A DNA stretch of 44,286 nt from a bacterium (GCA_049472355.1 JBLIRP010000023.1:1-44286); one strand, 5' to 3'; shown: positions 1 through 8,683, counted from the first letter of the stretch. The notes: a model not told the origin generated them from the sequence alone. A program made the numbers and translations.

Positions 1-1537
1 TCCTTTGGATCCTGTCCCAGTTGTGCTCCCGGTCGAGCGCCCAGTAGCGCCCGATCACCGAAACCACCCTGCCCGCAGCCACCGTGTGAGCCCGCTCCTC
101 GATCTGCCGGACATAGTAGGCCCCGCTTTCCGGCCGCTCCCCCCTCCTGCCGAGCAGGGAATGGATGAACACCCGCTCCAGCCCCTCCTTTTTTGCCATA
201 TCCATCAGGGCATAGAGGTACTCGATGGACCCATGCGAACTGTAAAAGGACACGATCCCGAGCAGGTGGAGGCCGGTGCCTTGCTCCTTTGCCTGCCTGA
301 TCGCCCAGAGGAATTCCGGATTCTTCTGGAAGGTGCCCTCCTCGATCGCCCGGGCAATCCTGATCCGGTCCGAGGCCACCATCCTGCCTGTACCGAGATG
401 GAGATGCCCTGATTCGGAGTTTCCCACGGTCCCGGAGGGGAGTCCCACCGCCTCCCCTGATGCTGCAAGGAGCCTCCAGGGATGTTGCGCCATAAGCCCA
501 TCCACGTACGGGGTCTCCGCCTCGGCGATCAGGTTCCCCTCCGAAGAGGGATTGTACCCCCATCCATCCATGATCAGGAGGAGGACCCTCCTGCCGCATG
601 CCTGCTGAAGCGCATCCGCAATCAGGCTCCTTCCGGTCATGGCGTCCGGTACGGGAAGACCGAGGAGGTGGAGTATTGTGGGCGCTACATCGATAAGGCT
701 TGTCTCGCCTTCCGTCATGGGCACGTTTTCGACCCCTTCCGGGGGGATCGCCACAAAGGGCACCGGGCTGTCGGTGTGCCCGGTGTCGATCTTCCCGTCG
801 GGGTAATACCACTTCTCCACGGTGCCGTGATCCGCAACGAGCAGGGTGAACACCCCCGCATCCCTGGCCTCGCCGACGATCCTCCCCACCTGGCGGTCCA
901 CCACCCGGATGGCCTCCAGTATGGCCGGCCTGTTCTCGATGTGGCCGACCACGTCGATATTCGCGAGGTTGACGCAGATGAACTCCTCGTGCCCGTCGCG
1001 GATGCGATCGATCACCCGGTCGGCCACCTCGGCGCAGCTCATGTGGGGACACTGGTCGAAATTGCTGATATCCTTGGGTGACGGGACAATGATTCGCTCC
1101 TCGCCGGGAAAGGGGCTCTCACGCTTGCCATTCAAAAAATAGGTGACGTGGAGGGCCTTTTCCGTCTCGGCGATCTTGAGCTGTCGCAACCCTGCCCTGC
1201 TGATCAGCTCGCTCAGGGTATTCTCCAGACGGTCGTACGGCGGGAAGGCCACCCTCACGGGCAGATCGGGATGGTACTGGATCATGGTGACCCAATGGGT
1301 CGTGAGATGAGGATCAACGGAAAACCGGTCAAATCCCTTTTGGGTGAATGACCGGGTCAGCTCGATCTCCCGTTCACCACGGATATCGTAGAAGATGACA
1401 TAATCACCCGGCCCGATCCTGCCGATGGGACCTTGTTGACCGTCCACGAGAACGAGGGGCGACATCCCCTCTTCATCCTCCCCGCGCCGGTATGCCTCGC
1501 GTATGGCCTCCGACATGGGAAACAGTTCTTCGTTCAT
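1..1537 (-). CDS. Circularly permuted 2,3-bisphosphoglycerate-independent phosphoglycerate mutase (GpmI/iPGM-like, alkaline phosphatase superfamily); 3' end outside window
   Basis: Manual translation from ATG 1537 (preceded by GAAAGG) is open for 512 codons to the edge. Motif order: YDIRGERE, IAETEKALHVTYFLNG, NIDVVGH, ADHG, TGHT, DVAPTIL, MTGRSL, then LLIMDGWG, ASGEAVGLP, GNSESGH, GRYWALDR. Absent from the ORF track because it has no stop in the window. Confidence 0.9.
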   Translation of the reverse strand, partial: MNEELFPMSEAIREAYRRGEDEEGMSPLVLVDGQQGPIGRIGPGDYVIFYDIRGEREIELTRSFTQKGFDRFSVDPHLTTHWVTMIQYHPDLPVRVAFPPYDRLENTLSELISRAGLRQLKIAETEKALHVTYFLNGKRESPFPGEERIIVPSPKDISNFDQCPHMSCAEVADRVIDRIRDGHEEFICVNLANIDVVGHIENRPAILEAIRVVDRQVGRIVGEARDAGVFTLLVADHGTVEKWYYPDGKIDTGHTDSPVPFVAIPPEGVENVPMTEGETSLIDVAPTILHLLGLPVPDAMTGRSLIADALQQACGRRVLLLIMDGWGYNPSSEGNLIAEAETPYVDGLMAQHPWRLLAASGEAVGLPSGTVGNSESGHLHLGTGRMVASDRIRIARAIEEGTFQKNPEFLWAIRQAKEQGTGLHLLGIVSFYSSHGSIEYLYALMDMAKKEGLERVFIHSLLGRRGERPESGAYYVRQIEERAHTVAAGRVVSVIGRYWALDREHNWDRIQR

Positions 1538-1601
1538 GCACAACCTTTCACAATTCCATGACCGGGGGTCACTGCATACCATCGCGGCAGGGGGCCATCC
1601 A

Positions 1602-2717
1602 TCAGGATTCCCTGAACGTCCGCCCCTCCCCCCTGAGGCCGAAGGGCTGTATCTCCAGATACTTCTCGCAGCTTTCAATAGCGTAGCCGATCCGGTGGAG
1701 AGGAGTTTTGTGTGCCTCGCAGATCTCGGTCAGGGGATGGATGTCCTCGGGGCCGCACACGATGCAAAACCCGATCCCCATGTTGAACACCTGGAACATC
1801 TCCCGGTGCGATATTCCCCCCTTCTCCCGGATCAGCCTGAATATGGGCGGAGGGTCGGGCAGGTGGTCGATGATGAACGACACCCGTGATTCCACCCGCA
1901 GGAGATTCAGCAGCCCGTCCCCGGTGATGTGGGCGAAGGCCTTCACCCCGGGAACCCTTTCCATGATCTCCAGGACAAGGGGCACATAAATGGTGGTGGG
2001 GGTGAGGAGCTCCTCGCCGATGGTCTTACCCAGTTCGGGTATCTTCCTGTCAATCCCCCAGCCGGTCTCGTCAAGGAGGACCTTCCGCGCCAGGGAGAGG
2101 CCGTTGCTGTGAATCCCGCTGCTTGCAAGGCCGAATACCAGGTCGCCGGGCTCGATGCCCGTGCCGGTCATGATACGGTCCAGGTCCACCACCCCCATGG
2201 CCATGCCGGCAATGTCAAAACCCGCCCCCTCCCTATATCCCCTGATGAGGTCGCGTACCTGGGCGGTCTCCCCCCCCGGTATCGCTATCCCTGCCTGCCG
2301 CGCCCCTTCGTGCAGCCCCCGGCCGAGCTGGGTGAGCATGGACTCGTCGGTCTCCTGGAGGGCCAGGTAGTTGAGCATGGAAACCGGACGTGCACCCACA
2401 CACAGGAGGTCGTTCACATTCATGGCAATGCAGTCGATCCCCACCGTGTCATACCGTTCCATCATCTCGGCGATCAGCACCTTCGTACCCACGCCGTCGG
2501 CGGAGAGGGCAATCCCGATCTCCCGGTCTCCCACCGGGATGCGGACCACGTTGGCAAAATGCCCGATATCCATCACCACCTCCCCGGGCATACCCCGGGT
2601 GAAGGGGAAGGTGGCGCGAATAAGATCCAGGAATCCCTTCATCGCCATGGACTCCGCCCGGGTGTCCACCCCGGCCGCTGCGTAGTGATCCTTGCATCGC
2701 TCATCCATGATTTTCAT
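1602..2717 (-). CDS. purM: Phosphoribosylformylglycinamidine cyclo-ligase (AIR synthetase)
   Basis: YAAAGVD, DGVGTK, DCIAMNVNDL, GGETA, SSGIHSNG, AHITGDG, VFNMGIG motifs. The start may be ATG 2708, given SD spacing. Confidence 0.96.
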   Translation of the reverse strand: MKIMDERCKDHYAAAGVDTRAESMAMKGFLDLIRATFPFTRGMPGEVVMDIGHFANVVRIPVGDREIGIALSADGVGTKVLIAEMMERYDTVGIDCIAMNVNDLLCVGARPVSMLNYLALQETDESMLTQLGRGLHEGARQAGIAIPGGETAQVRDLIRGYREGAGFDIAGMAMGVVDLDRIMTGTGIEPGDLVFGLASSGIHSNGLSLARKVLLDETGWGIDRKIPELGKTIGEELLTPTTIYVPLVLEIMERVPGVKAFAHITGDGLLNLLRVESRVSFIIDHLPDPPPIFRLIREKGGISHREMFQVFNMGIGFCIVCGPEDIHPLTEICEAHKTPLHRIGYAIESCEKYLEIQPFGLRGEGRTFRES

Positions 2718-2792
2718 TCCCTCTCGGCAATACCATTGCTTTTCATATGAAAGTTTTCAGCCAATTATTTGTTTAACAAAGGTTTCTCTTTT

Positions 2793-2915
2793 CTCTGTGC
2801 CCTCTGTGATCTCTGTGGTAATTTTATACTATTTCCGCATATTCAATATCTGTGCACCGTTGTAGACATACATTATAATTATTATTTAACCACAAAGGAC
2901 ACAGAGAGCACAGGG
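2793..2915. repeat. Imperfect inverted repeat built of 9-nt periodic CTCTGTG/CACAGAG units
   Basis: CTCTGTG at 2793, 2802 and 2811 faces CACAAAG/CACAGAG/CACAGGG at 2891, 2900 and 2909. Confidence 0.7.
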
Positions 2916-2951
2916 ATTTATATAAAGGCTTTCAGATAATTATTTTGTTCC

Positions 2952-2995
2952 AAACCTTCATCCTTCGTTGTGATAGGTAGATCATGGCGGTTTAT
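2952..2995 (+). repeat. Dispersed ~45-bp hairpin element (TTCATCCTTCGTTG-hairpin-GG..GTTTAT), copy 1
   Basis: AAACCTTCATCCTTCGTTGTGATAGGTAGATCATGGCGGTTTAT closely matches 25123-25166. Confidence 0.75.
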
Positions 2996-3031
2996 TCTTT
3001 TCAGGTGACGGCAGAAAACGAATCCGCAGGA

Positions 3032-4312
3032 TCAAAAACCAAGCCTGCTGAGCCCCTTCCGGGCGATATCCCTCCGGAAGTAGATCCCCTCGAACCGGAT
3101 GCGGTCAAGCGCCTTGTACGCCTTTTCCACTGCCTGCCTCAGGTCGCTCCCCAGGGCGGTGACCCCGAGGACCCTTCCCCCGTTGGTGAGCACCCTTCCG
3201 TTGTTCATCGCGGTGCCCGCATGAAAAACCGCAACCCCATCGATGTCCGACACCTCATCGAGCCCCCTGATCTCCTTTCCCTTTTCGTATTGGCCCGGAT
3301 ACCCGGATGAAGCCGCCACCACGCAAACCGACGCACCCGGAGACCAGGAGAGGGCGACTTCGGAAAGCCGTCCCTCCAGTGCAGCCTGTATGACCGGCAC
3401 CAGGTCGTTCTCCATCCGCATGAGGATGGGCTGGGCCTCGGGGTCGCCGAACCGGCAGTTGAACTCGAGCACCTGGGGCTCTCCGTCAACGATCATGATC
3501 CCTGCATAGAGCACACCCTGGTAGGGGATACCCTTTTTCTTCATCCCCCGGACCGCGGGGATCATGACCCGGTCCATGATCCTTTGGTGCATGTCGGGCG
3601 TCACCAGCGGCGCAGGGGAATAGGCGCCCATACCCCCGGTATTGGACCCCTTGTCGTCGTCAAAGATGGGCTTGTGGTCCTGGGAGGAGGCCATGGGGAG
3701 CACCGTATCCCCGTCCGTGAATGCGAGGAAGGAGACCTCCTCACCCTGCAGGCACTCCTCGACCACCACCCGGTCACCGGCATCCCCGAACACCCTGCGC
3801 ACCATGATGTCCTGGATGGCCTCGTGGGCCTGCTCCATAGTGTTACAGATGATCACCCCTTTGCCGGCGGCCAGGCCGTCCGCCTTCACCACGATGGGGA
3901 ATCCCTTTTCCTTTATATAGTCCAGGGCCCGGTCCCGGTCCGTGAACACCTCGAAATCCGCGGTGGGAATCCCGGCCTCCCGCATCAGCTCCTTGGCGAA
4001 TGTCTTGCTCGATTCGACCTGGGCAGCCTCACGTGATGGACCGAACACGGCAAGCCCCTTGCCCCGGAATACATCCACGATGCCGAGGCTCAGGGGGGCC
4101 TCCGGCCCCACGATGGTCAGGTCCGCGCCCTTCTCCCGGGCGATTTTCGCAAGCCCCTCGCAGTCGGCGACATCCCCGGGGATGCACTCCGCCACCTCCG
4201 CCATGCCCGCATTGCCGGGTACGCAGACAATCCCCGAAACGAGCGTGCTTTTGCTCACCTTCCAGGCCAGGGCATGCTCCCGTCCGCCGCTGCCGATGAT
4301 CATGATCTTCAT
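3032..4312 (-). CDS. purD: Phosphoribosylamine--glycine ligase (GAR synthetase)
   Basis: GSGGREHALAW, VGPEAPL, KADGLAAGKGV, QDHK, NTGGMGAY, EFNCRFGDPE, FHAGT, GGRVL motifs; AGGAGA SD. Confidence 0.98.
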   Translation of the reverse strand: MKIMIIGSGGREHALAWKVSKSTLVSGIVCVPGNAGMAEVAECIPGDVADCEGLAKIAREKGADLTIVGPEAPLSLGIVDVFRGKGLAVFGPSREAAQVESSKTFAKELMREAGIPTADFEVFTDRDRALDYIKEKGFPIVVKADGLAAGKGVIICNTMEQAHEAIQDIMVRRVFGDAGDRVVVEECLQGEEVSFLAFTDGDTVLPMASSQDHKPIFDDDKGSNTGGMGAYSPAPLVTPDMHQRIMDRVMIPAVRGMKKKGIPYQGVLYAGIMIVDGEPQVLEFNCRFGDPEAQPILMRMENDLVPVIQAALEGRLSEVALSWSPGASVCVVAASSGYPGQYEKGKEIRGLDEVSDIDGVAVFHAGTAMNNGRVLTNGGRVLGVTALGSDLRQAVEKAYKALDRIRFEGIYFRRDIARKGLSRLGF

Positions 4313-4342
4313 ACGCCATTCTCCTTTCCTTTGTGCCCCCTT

Positions 4343-4371
4343 ATTATAGTGAAAATATCAAAAACAGCAAA
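4343..4371 (-). promoter_or_regulatory. Putative sigma70 promoter of purD
   Basis: Minus strand (T)TTGCTG-N16-TATAAT upstream of the purD SD. Confidence 0.5.
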
Positions 4372-4552
4372 TGGGATAGGGAATCATCGGATATAGAGAA
4401 ATTCGCCGCATGGGTGAAAACCCCTTCCATGAATGATATGCCTTAGGTATAGTCAATTACCCTGACACAAGCGGCCGGATGCCGGAAGGAATTACGAGAA
4501 GGCTCAAGGTGCAGGGAATGATACCCCGAAGAGATTAAAATCGCCTCAGTTA

Positions 4553-4581
4553 TTGATCCTATTCAGAGAGGGTGCTATAGT
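4553..4581 (+). promoter_or_regulatory. Putative sigma70 promoter of the CHAT gene
   Basis: TTGATC-N17-TATAGT with an extended -10 TG. Confidence 0.5.
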
Positions 4582-4685
4582 TGGATTACAATCAGGTTGC
4601 CTCCTTTGATTCTCTTCTATTGAACACCTTTCGTTTACATCCAAGAATCATTTGAAATTCATGCGTATTCCGGGGACACCAGGGC

Positions 4686-7037
4686 ATGAAATGCTCGGAT
4701 AGTTTTGGGCCTTTCGGCAGGGGCCTGACACTCTTCACCATCTCCACCATCATTGTCGTTGTTGTCATGTTATTGCCCCTGCAGGAGACCCTTACGAATC
4801 CCATCCACCCTGCATTGACACCAGCGGACATCTCGACCGGGCAGGGCGCACGGTATTTCAGGCGTGGCAGATTTGAAGAGGCGATACCGTGCTACATAAA
4901 GTCGGCGAAGGTGTATGAAGAAACCGGCGATCGTGAGGCGCTCTGCCGTGTCATGATTGAACTGTCGCGTGCCTATCAGTCCATGGGGAAATACCGGGAA
5001 TCCATTGCAATCCTCGAAAGGGCGCTTGTCTGTGCACCTCTCCTCAATGGACACGCATGGGCCGCAAACATCCCGATGCTCCTCGGCAATGCATTCATGC
5101 ATACGGGCAATCCGGATGCGGCCGGGTATTTTTTTCATAAGGGGCTCGAACGGGCAGACCGGGGGGATGCGCACGATGTCGCCGCATCCATCCTCAACGC
5201 CATGGGAAACATGCATGTGCTTCGTGAAGACTATGCAAAGGGAGCGGATGCGTATAGGCAGGGTCTTGCCCGCGCGGAAAGGGGCGACAACCGCCCCCTT
5301 ATCACCCGCATTCTCGCCAATCTGGCTCATCTTGCCTTAAGGGAGCAACGATATACGGATGCGAAGATGTTCGTTGATTCGGCGTATACACGATCACTCA
5401 CCTTGGACCATTCGCATGAGACCTCCACGTTACTGATCAACATAGCTACGACATACCGGCTTCTGGATACAACCGATCCGGACGGGCATCCTTCCCTTCG
5501 CGCCGATGCATCGAATGCACTCCAAAGGGCCTCGGACATGGCGGAGGCAAACGATGACAAACGATCCCTGTCGTATGCCCTGGGATACATCGGACAATTA
5601 TACGAGGATGCCGAGCGCTACGATGAGGCACTGCACAGTACGCAAAGGGCCGTTTTTGCCGCCCAGGAGATAAACGCACTGGATTCACTCTATCTCTGGC
5701 ATTGGCAATCGGGACGGCTGTATAAGGCAATGGGGAAGATCGAGGAGGCCATTACGGCATACCGGAAGGCGGTCGATACACTCGAGTCCATTCGTCATGG
5801 GCTTGCATCCCGGTGCGACAGGCACGAAGCGGCATCCTTCCGGGAATCCATTGAACCGGTTTACTTCGGCCTGGCCGATCTTCTTTTGCAGTATGCCGTC
5901 TCTCTCAAAGAGAGCGGGCAGACGGAATCCTGCCTCATCGAGGCGCGAGAAACCATCGAGTTGCTGAGGACGGCCGAACTCCGGGATTTTTTTCATGATC
6001 CCTGTCTTGGCGAATACTTTACGGAAATCAAATCCATCGATGTCATATCCGATACCACCGCGGTCTTATATATAATCCCCCTCGACGAGAGGGTTGAATT
6101 GCTGCTGTCCCTCCATGGGAGGCTGGCGCGCTTCTCCGCGCAGGTCAAGGGTGCAAATCTCAGAAAAGAGGCACAGTGCCTTCGCAACAAGCTCGAAAAG
6201 CGCACCACCCGTGAATATCTCATCCATGCCCAAAGGCTCTATGACTGGCTCATTCGGCCTGTAAAAGACGCACTCGAATCAACCCATGTCGAAACCCTGG
6301 TGTGTATCCCCGACGGCGCAATGAGGGGCATTCCTCTGGCTGCCCTCCATGACGGGGATCATTTTCTTGTCGAGCGCTATGCTACCGCCAATGCCATCAA
6401 CCTCACCCTGACCGATCCGCGTCCTATAAAAAGGGAAAGGGTCCGGATTCTCATGGCCGGCATCTCGGATCCCATCAAGGGCTTTCCGGCCCTTGCCTAT
6501 GTTGATCAGGAGCTTCATGCCATACAGGGGATCTACGACGGCAGGCTCTTTCTCAACAGGGATTTCTGCCTGGGGAATGTCACGCGGGAGCTGCGCCATA
6601 ATCCCTATTCCATCGTCCATATCGCCTCACACGGGATATTTACGGGAGATGCAGGGGAATCCTGTCTGATTGCATGGGACGGAAACCTATCGATGGATGA
6701 CCTGGACACTATTCTTGGTCCCAGTCGTTACAGCACAACCCCTGTTGAACTGCTCACCATGAGCGCATGCGAAACCGCCGCAGGGGACGAACGGGCCGCC
6801 CTTGGTCTCGCAGGCGTCGCCATAAAGGCAGGAACACGGAGCACCCTTGCCACCCTCTGGCACATCGATGACCGTGCATCATCCGAGTTGATCGCGGAGT
6901 TTTACCGGCAACTCAAGGAGCAGGCACTATCAAAGGCCCAGGCGCTGCAGAAGGCCCAGTTACGACTCATCAATGATCCCCGCTACAAACACCCCTGCTA
7001 CTGGTCGCCGTTCATCATCATTGGAAACTGGTTGTGA
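4686..7037 (+). CDS. TPR-CHAT domain protein (caspase-like clan CD protease) with N-terminal signal/TM segment
   Basis: Hydrophobic N-terminus (LTLFTISTIIVVVVMLLP), TPR-like helical repeats, LYDWLIRP, IPDG.MRGIPLAAL, catalytic VHIASHG and MSACETA, TLWHIDD, HPCYWSPFIIIGNWL. Confidence 0.92.
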   Translation: MKCSDSFGPFGRGLTLFTISTIIVVVVMLLPLQETLTNPIHPALTPADISTGQGARYFRRGRFEEAIPCYIKSAKVYEETGDREALCRVMIELSRAYQSMGKYRESIAILERALVCAPLLNGHAWAANIPMLLGNAFMHTGNPDAAGYFFHKGLERADRGDAHDVAASILNAMGNMHVLREDYAKGADAYRQGLARAERGDNRPLITRILANLAHLALREQRYTDAKMFVDSAYTRSLTLDHSHETSTLLINIATTYRLLDTTDPDGHPSLRADASNALQRASDMAEANDDKRSLSYALGYIGQLYEDAERYDEALHSTQRAVFAAQEINALDSLYLWHWQSGRLYKAMGKIEEAITAYRKAVDTLESIRHGLASRCDRHEAASFRESIEPVYFGLADLLLQYAVSLKESGQTESCLIEARETIELLRTAELRDFFHDPCLGEYFTEIKSIDVISDTTAVLYIIPLDERVELLLSLHGRLARFSAQVKGANLRKEAQCLRNKLEKRTTREYLIHAQRLYDWLIRPVKDALESTHVETLVCIPDGAMRGIPLAALHDGDHFLVERYATANAINLTLTDPRPIKRERVRILMAGISDPIKGFPALAYVDQELHAIQGIYDGRLFLNRDFCLGNVTRELRHNPYSIVHIASHGIFTGDAGESCLIAWDGNLSMDDLDTILGPSRYSTTPVELLTMSACETAAGDERAALGLAGVAIKAGTRSTLATLWHIDDRASSELIAEFYRQLKEQALSKAQALQKAQLRLINDPRYKHPCYWSPFIIIGNWL

Positions 7038-7071
7038 TGTTTCGATTAACAAATTGAAAATGTTGTCAACG

Positions 7072-7329
7072 GTCTACGATGTTGACTTTGCAGTGGCTAA
7101 ACTCGATCTGGATATAAAAAAACCTCGTTTTATGGATCTTGTCAAAAAAAAGCTGCACGTTCCGGATAACGATCCCGTGGATACATCTTATTCCAGGAAG
7201 TCAGAATTGGATGCTCAATTGGATACACAACTCAAGCCAACATTAAGGCAACAGGATTTTGAAGGTTTCGATCTCAACCGAGCCTTTGTACTCATCGCTG
7301 AGATGGGATCCGGAATCATTAAAGAATAG
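7072..7329 (+). pseudogene. 3' remnant of a probable AbiEii/AbiGii-type nucleotidyltransferase toxin gene
   Basis: YDVDFAV...LVKKKLHVPDNDPVD...QLKPTLRQQDFEGFDLNRAF resembles, from recall, C-termini of that family. No N-terminal part or start is present. Confidence 0.45.
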
Positions 7330-7333
7330 AATC
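7131..7333 (+). repeat. 203-bp direct repeat, copy 1 (left of Rpn gene)
   Basis: Matches 8482-8683 with about 9 differences by manual alignment. Confidence 0.95.
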
Positions 7334-7341
7334 TTAGGATA

Positions 7342-7581
7342 CTATCTGTTAATCAGTCCCTGAATGTCTTCAATATGTTTTGCAATCACAATGGCTTCCT
7401 TGATCGATCGTAATTGGGCAATATCGTCGATCTTGCTGATGTCTGCATAGAGCGCAAGCCCTTTTGGCCCGAACTTAAGCTCCAATCCTAACTGTATCGC
7501 TTCAAGAAGCCCTTGTAGTATTCCCTTTTCCATTCCCTGCTGTATGCCTTGCTCAATCCATTTTTCTGCTAAGGTAGGCAT
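7342..7581 (-). CDS. Putative intragenic small antitoxin (RpnS-like, 79 aa), in frame with Rpn
   Basis: AAGGAGGTGA SD (7598-7589) 7 nt before the in-frame ATG 7581 (MPTLAEKW...). Confidence 0.75.
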   Translation of the reverse strand: MPTLAEKWIEQGIQQGMEKGILQGLLEAIQLGLELKFGPKGLALYADISKIDDIAQLRSIKEAIVIAKHIEDIQGLINR

Positions 7582-8331
7582 GATTGTGTCACCTCCTTGT
7601 GGCAATGTGTTAATAATCAAATTTTTGATATCTTGTTCTGTGATTTTATCAGTAGCGCTGATGATATATCTGAGAAAGGTTTCGAGATATTCCATTCCGG
7701 TAGCCTTTGATGCCAATTCCTTAACCAGGTCTGTCATCCTAAAAAGTTGCTCCCTGAATTCATCATGGAAGATATATTTGAGCAGCAGAAGAAATACCCT
7801 GAGTGTAACCGCGCCCTTCATCTTATCATCACTGAGATGGGATACGTCATGAAGAATATAGTCAAAGTTTGGTATATACGAGGAAAGAGCGGTATCCTGA
7901 GGAGAAAAAAGGTGAGAGAGGTTTGTATCTGCCCTCCATTTTTCTTTGCCATGATAGATGACCAGGGGAATGATGACAGGAAGCGCCTTGTGTATCTGTT
8001 TTTGGTTTAAAAGCAACTCCCATATCTTTACCATGTATTTGAGCAACTGGAAGGCCACGAATGTATCAGGATAGCTTTTATGCTCAAACAGAAGATAGAC
8101 CCATGCAGGCTGATCCTTTATCTCCACCTTATAAAGGATATCCGAGAAGTATTCATGGAGTTCTTTTTCAATAAATGAGTCTTTGGAGATGGAGAGTGTT
8201 GTGAGATCTATGATATTTTTGATGTTATTGGGCAGATAATGGTATAAAAATTCCCTTGCATCTTTCTCCTTTGAGAAGAACTCCTTGAATAACTTGTCGT
8301 GAGGATTTAAGATCTTGTCTTTGGTATCCAT
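7342..8331 (-). CDS. Rpn family recombination-promoting nuclease / YhgA-like PD-(D/E)XK protein
   Basis: PHDKLFK, SFIEKEL, SDILY, YLLFEHKS, QLLKYM, LPVIIPLVIYHG, MPTLAEKW, QGIQQGMEKG motifs; markedly lower GC than neighbouring genes. Confidence 0.93.
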   Translation of the reverse strand: MDTKDKILNPHDKLFKEFFSKEKDAREFLYHYLPNNIKNIIDLTTLSISKDSFIEKELHEYFSDILYKVEIKDQPAWVYLLFEHKSYPDTFVAFQLLKYMVKIWELLLNQKQIHKALPVIIPLVIYHGKEKWRADTNLSHLFSPQDTALSSYIPNFDYILHDVSHLSDDKMKGAVTLRVFLLLLKYIFHDEFREQLFRMTDLVKELASKATGMEYLETFLRYIISATDKITEQDIKNLIINTLPQGGDTIMPTLAEKWIEQGIQQGMEKGILQGLLEAIQLGLELKFGPKGLALYADISKIDDIAQLRSIKEAIVIAKHIEDIQGLINR

Positions 8332-8338
8332 ATGATAA

Positions 8339-8367
8339 ATATTAGCTTATACAGCAAAAAATAGCAA
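8339..8367 (-). promoter_or_regulatory. Putative sigma70 promoter giving a leaderless Rpn mRNA
   Basis: TTGCTA-N17-TAATAT-N7-ATG with no SD. Confidence 0.4.
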
Positions 8368-8421
8368 TCATCACATCAAATTACGGCAACAGATGCCGGC
8401 GGAATCCAGTCTGAGGCCATA

Positions 8422-8477
8422 GTGGATCAGGAGATCCGGACCATACAGGGGATCTACAACGGCAGGCTATTGCTCAA
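8422..8477 (+). pseudogene. 56-bp relic of a paralogous CHAT gene
   Basis: 47/56 nt identical to 6501-6556; translates as VDQEIRTIQGIYNGRLLL versus VDQELHAIQGIYDGRLFL. Confidence 0.8.
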
Positions 8478-8481
8478 GTCG

Positions 8482-8683
8482 TATGGATCTTGTCAAAAAA
8501 AATTGCACGTTCCGGATAACGATCCCGTGGATACATCTTATTCCAGGAAGTCAGAATTGCATGCTCAATTGGATACACAACTCAAGCCACCATTAAGGTA
8601 ACAGGACTTTGAAGGTTTCGATCTCGACCGAGCCTTCGAACTCATCGCTGAGATGGGATCCGGAATCATTAAAGAATAGAATC
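8482..8683 (+). repeat. Direct repeat, copy 2 (202 bp; frameshifted and with a premature TAA)
   Basis: Matches 7131-7333; 1-nt deletion after the A8 run and a CAA>TAA change. Confidence 0.95.

Noticed and set aside
5..1351. Plus-strand ORFs 5..412, 276..608, 482..1081, 846..1142, 1148..1351
   Set aside because: Antisense shadows of the minus-strand permuted iPGM gene, which has clear family motifs.
4313..4685. Purine/ZTP riboswitch upstream of purD
   Set aside because: No recognisable aptamer consensus, and the putative promoter lies only ~30 nt from the start codon.
4686..7037. CHAT protein as a CRISPR type III-E (Craspase) component
   Set aside because: No cas genes or array nearby, and the protein has an export-like N-terminus.
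6973..7329. 118-aa ORF as an intact gene
   Set aside because: Its start overlaps the CHAT 3' end out of frame; only the distal part looks protein-like, so it is treated as a remnant.
7342..8331. Rpn gene as an IS transposase
   Set aside because: No terminal inverted repeats or short target duplication; the family is a PD-(D/E)XK nuclease, not a demonstrated transposase.
7131..8683. Possible DGR template/variable repeat pair
   Set aside because: Differences are not adenine-specific and there is no reverse transcriptase in the window; the lack of an RT also argues against the giant-gene repeats.
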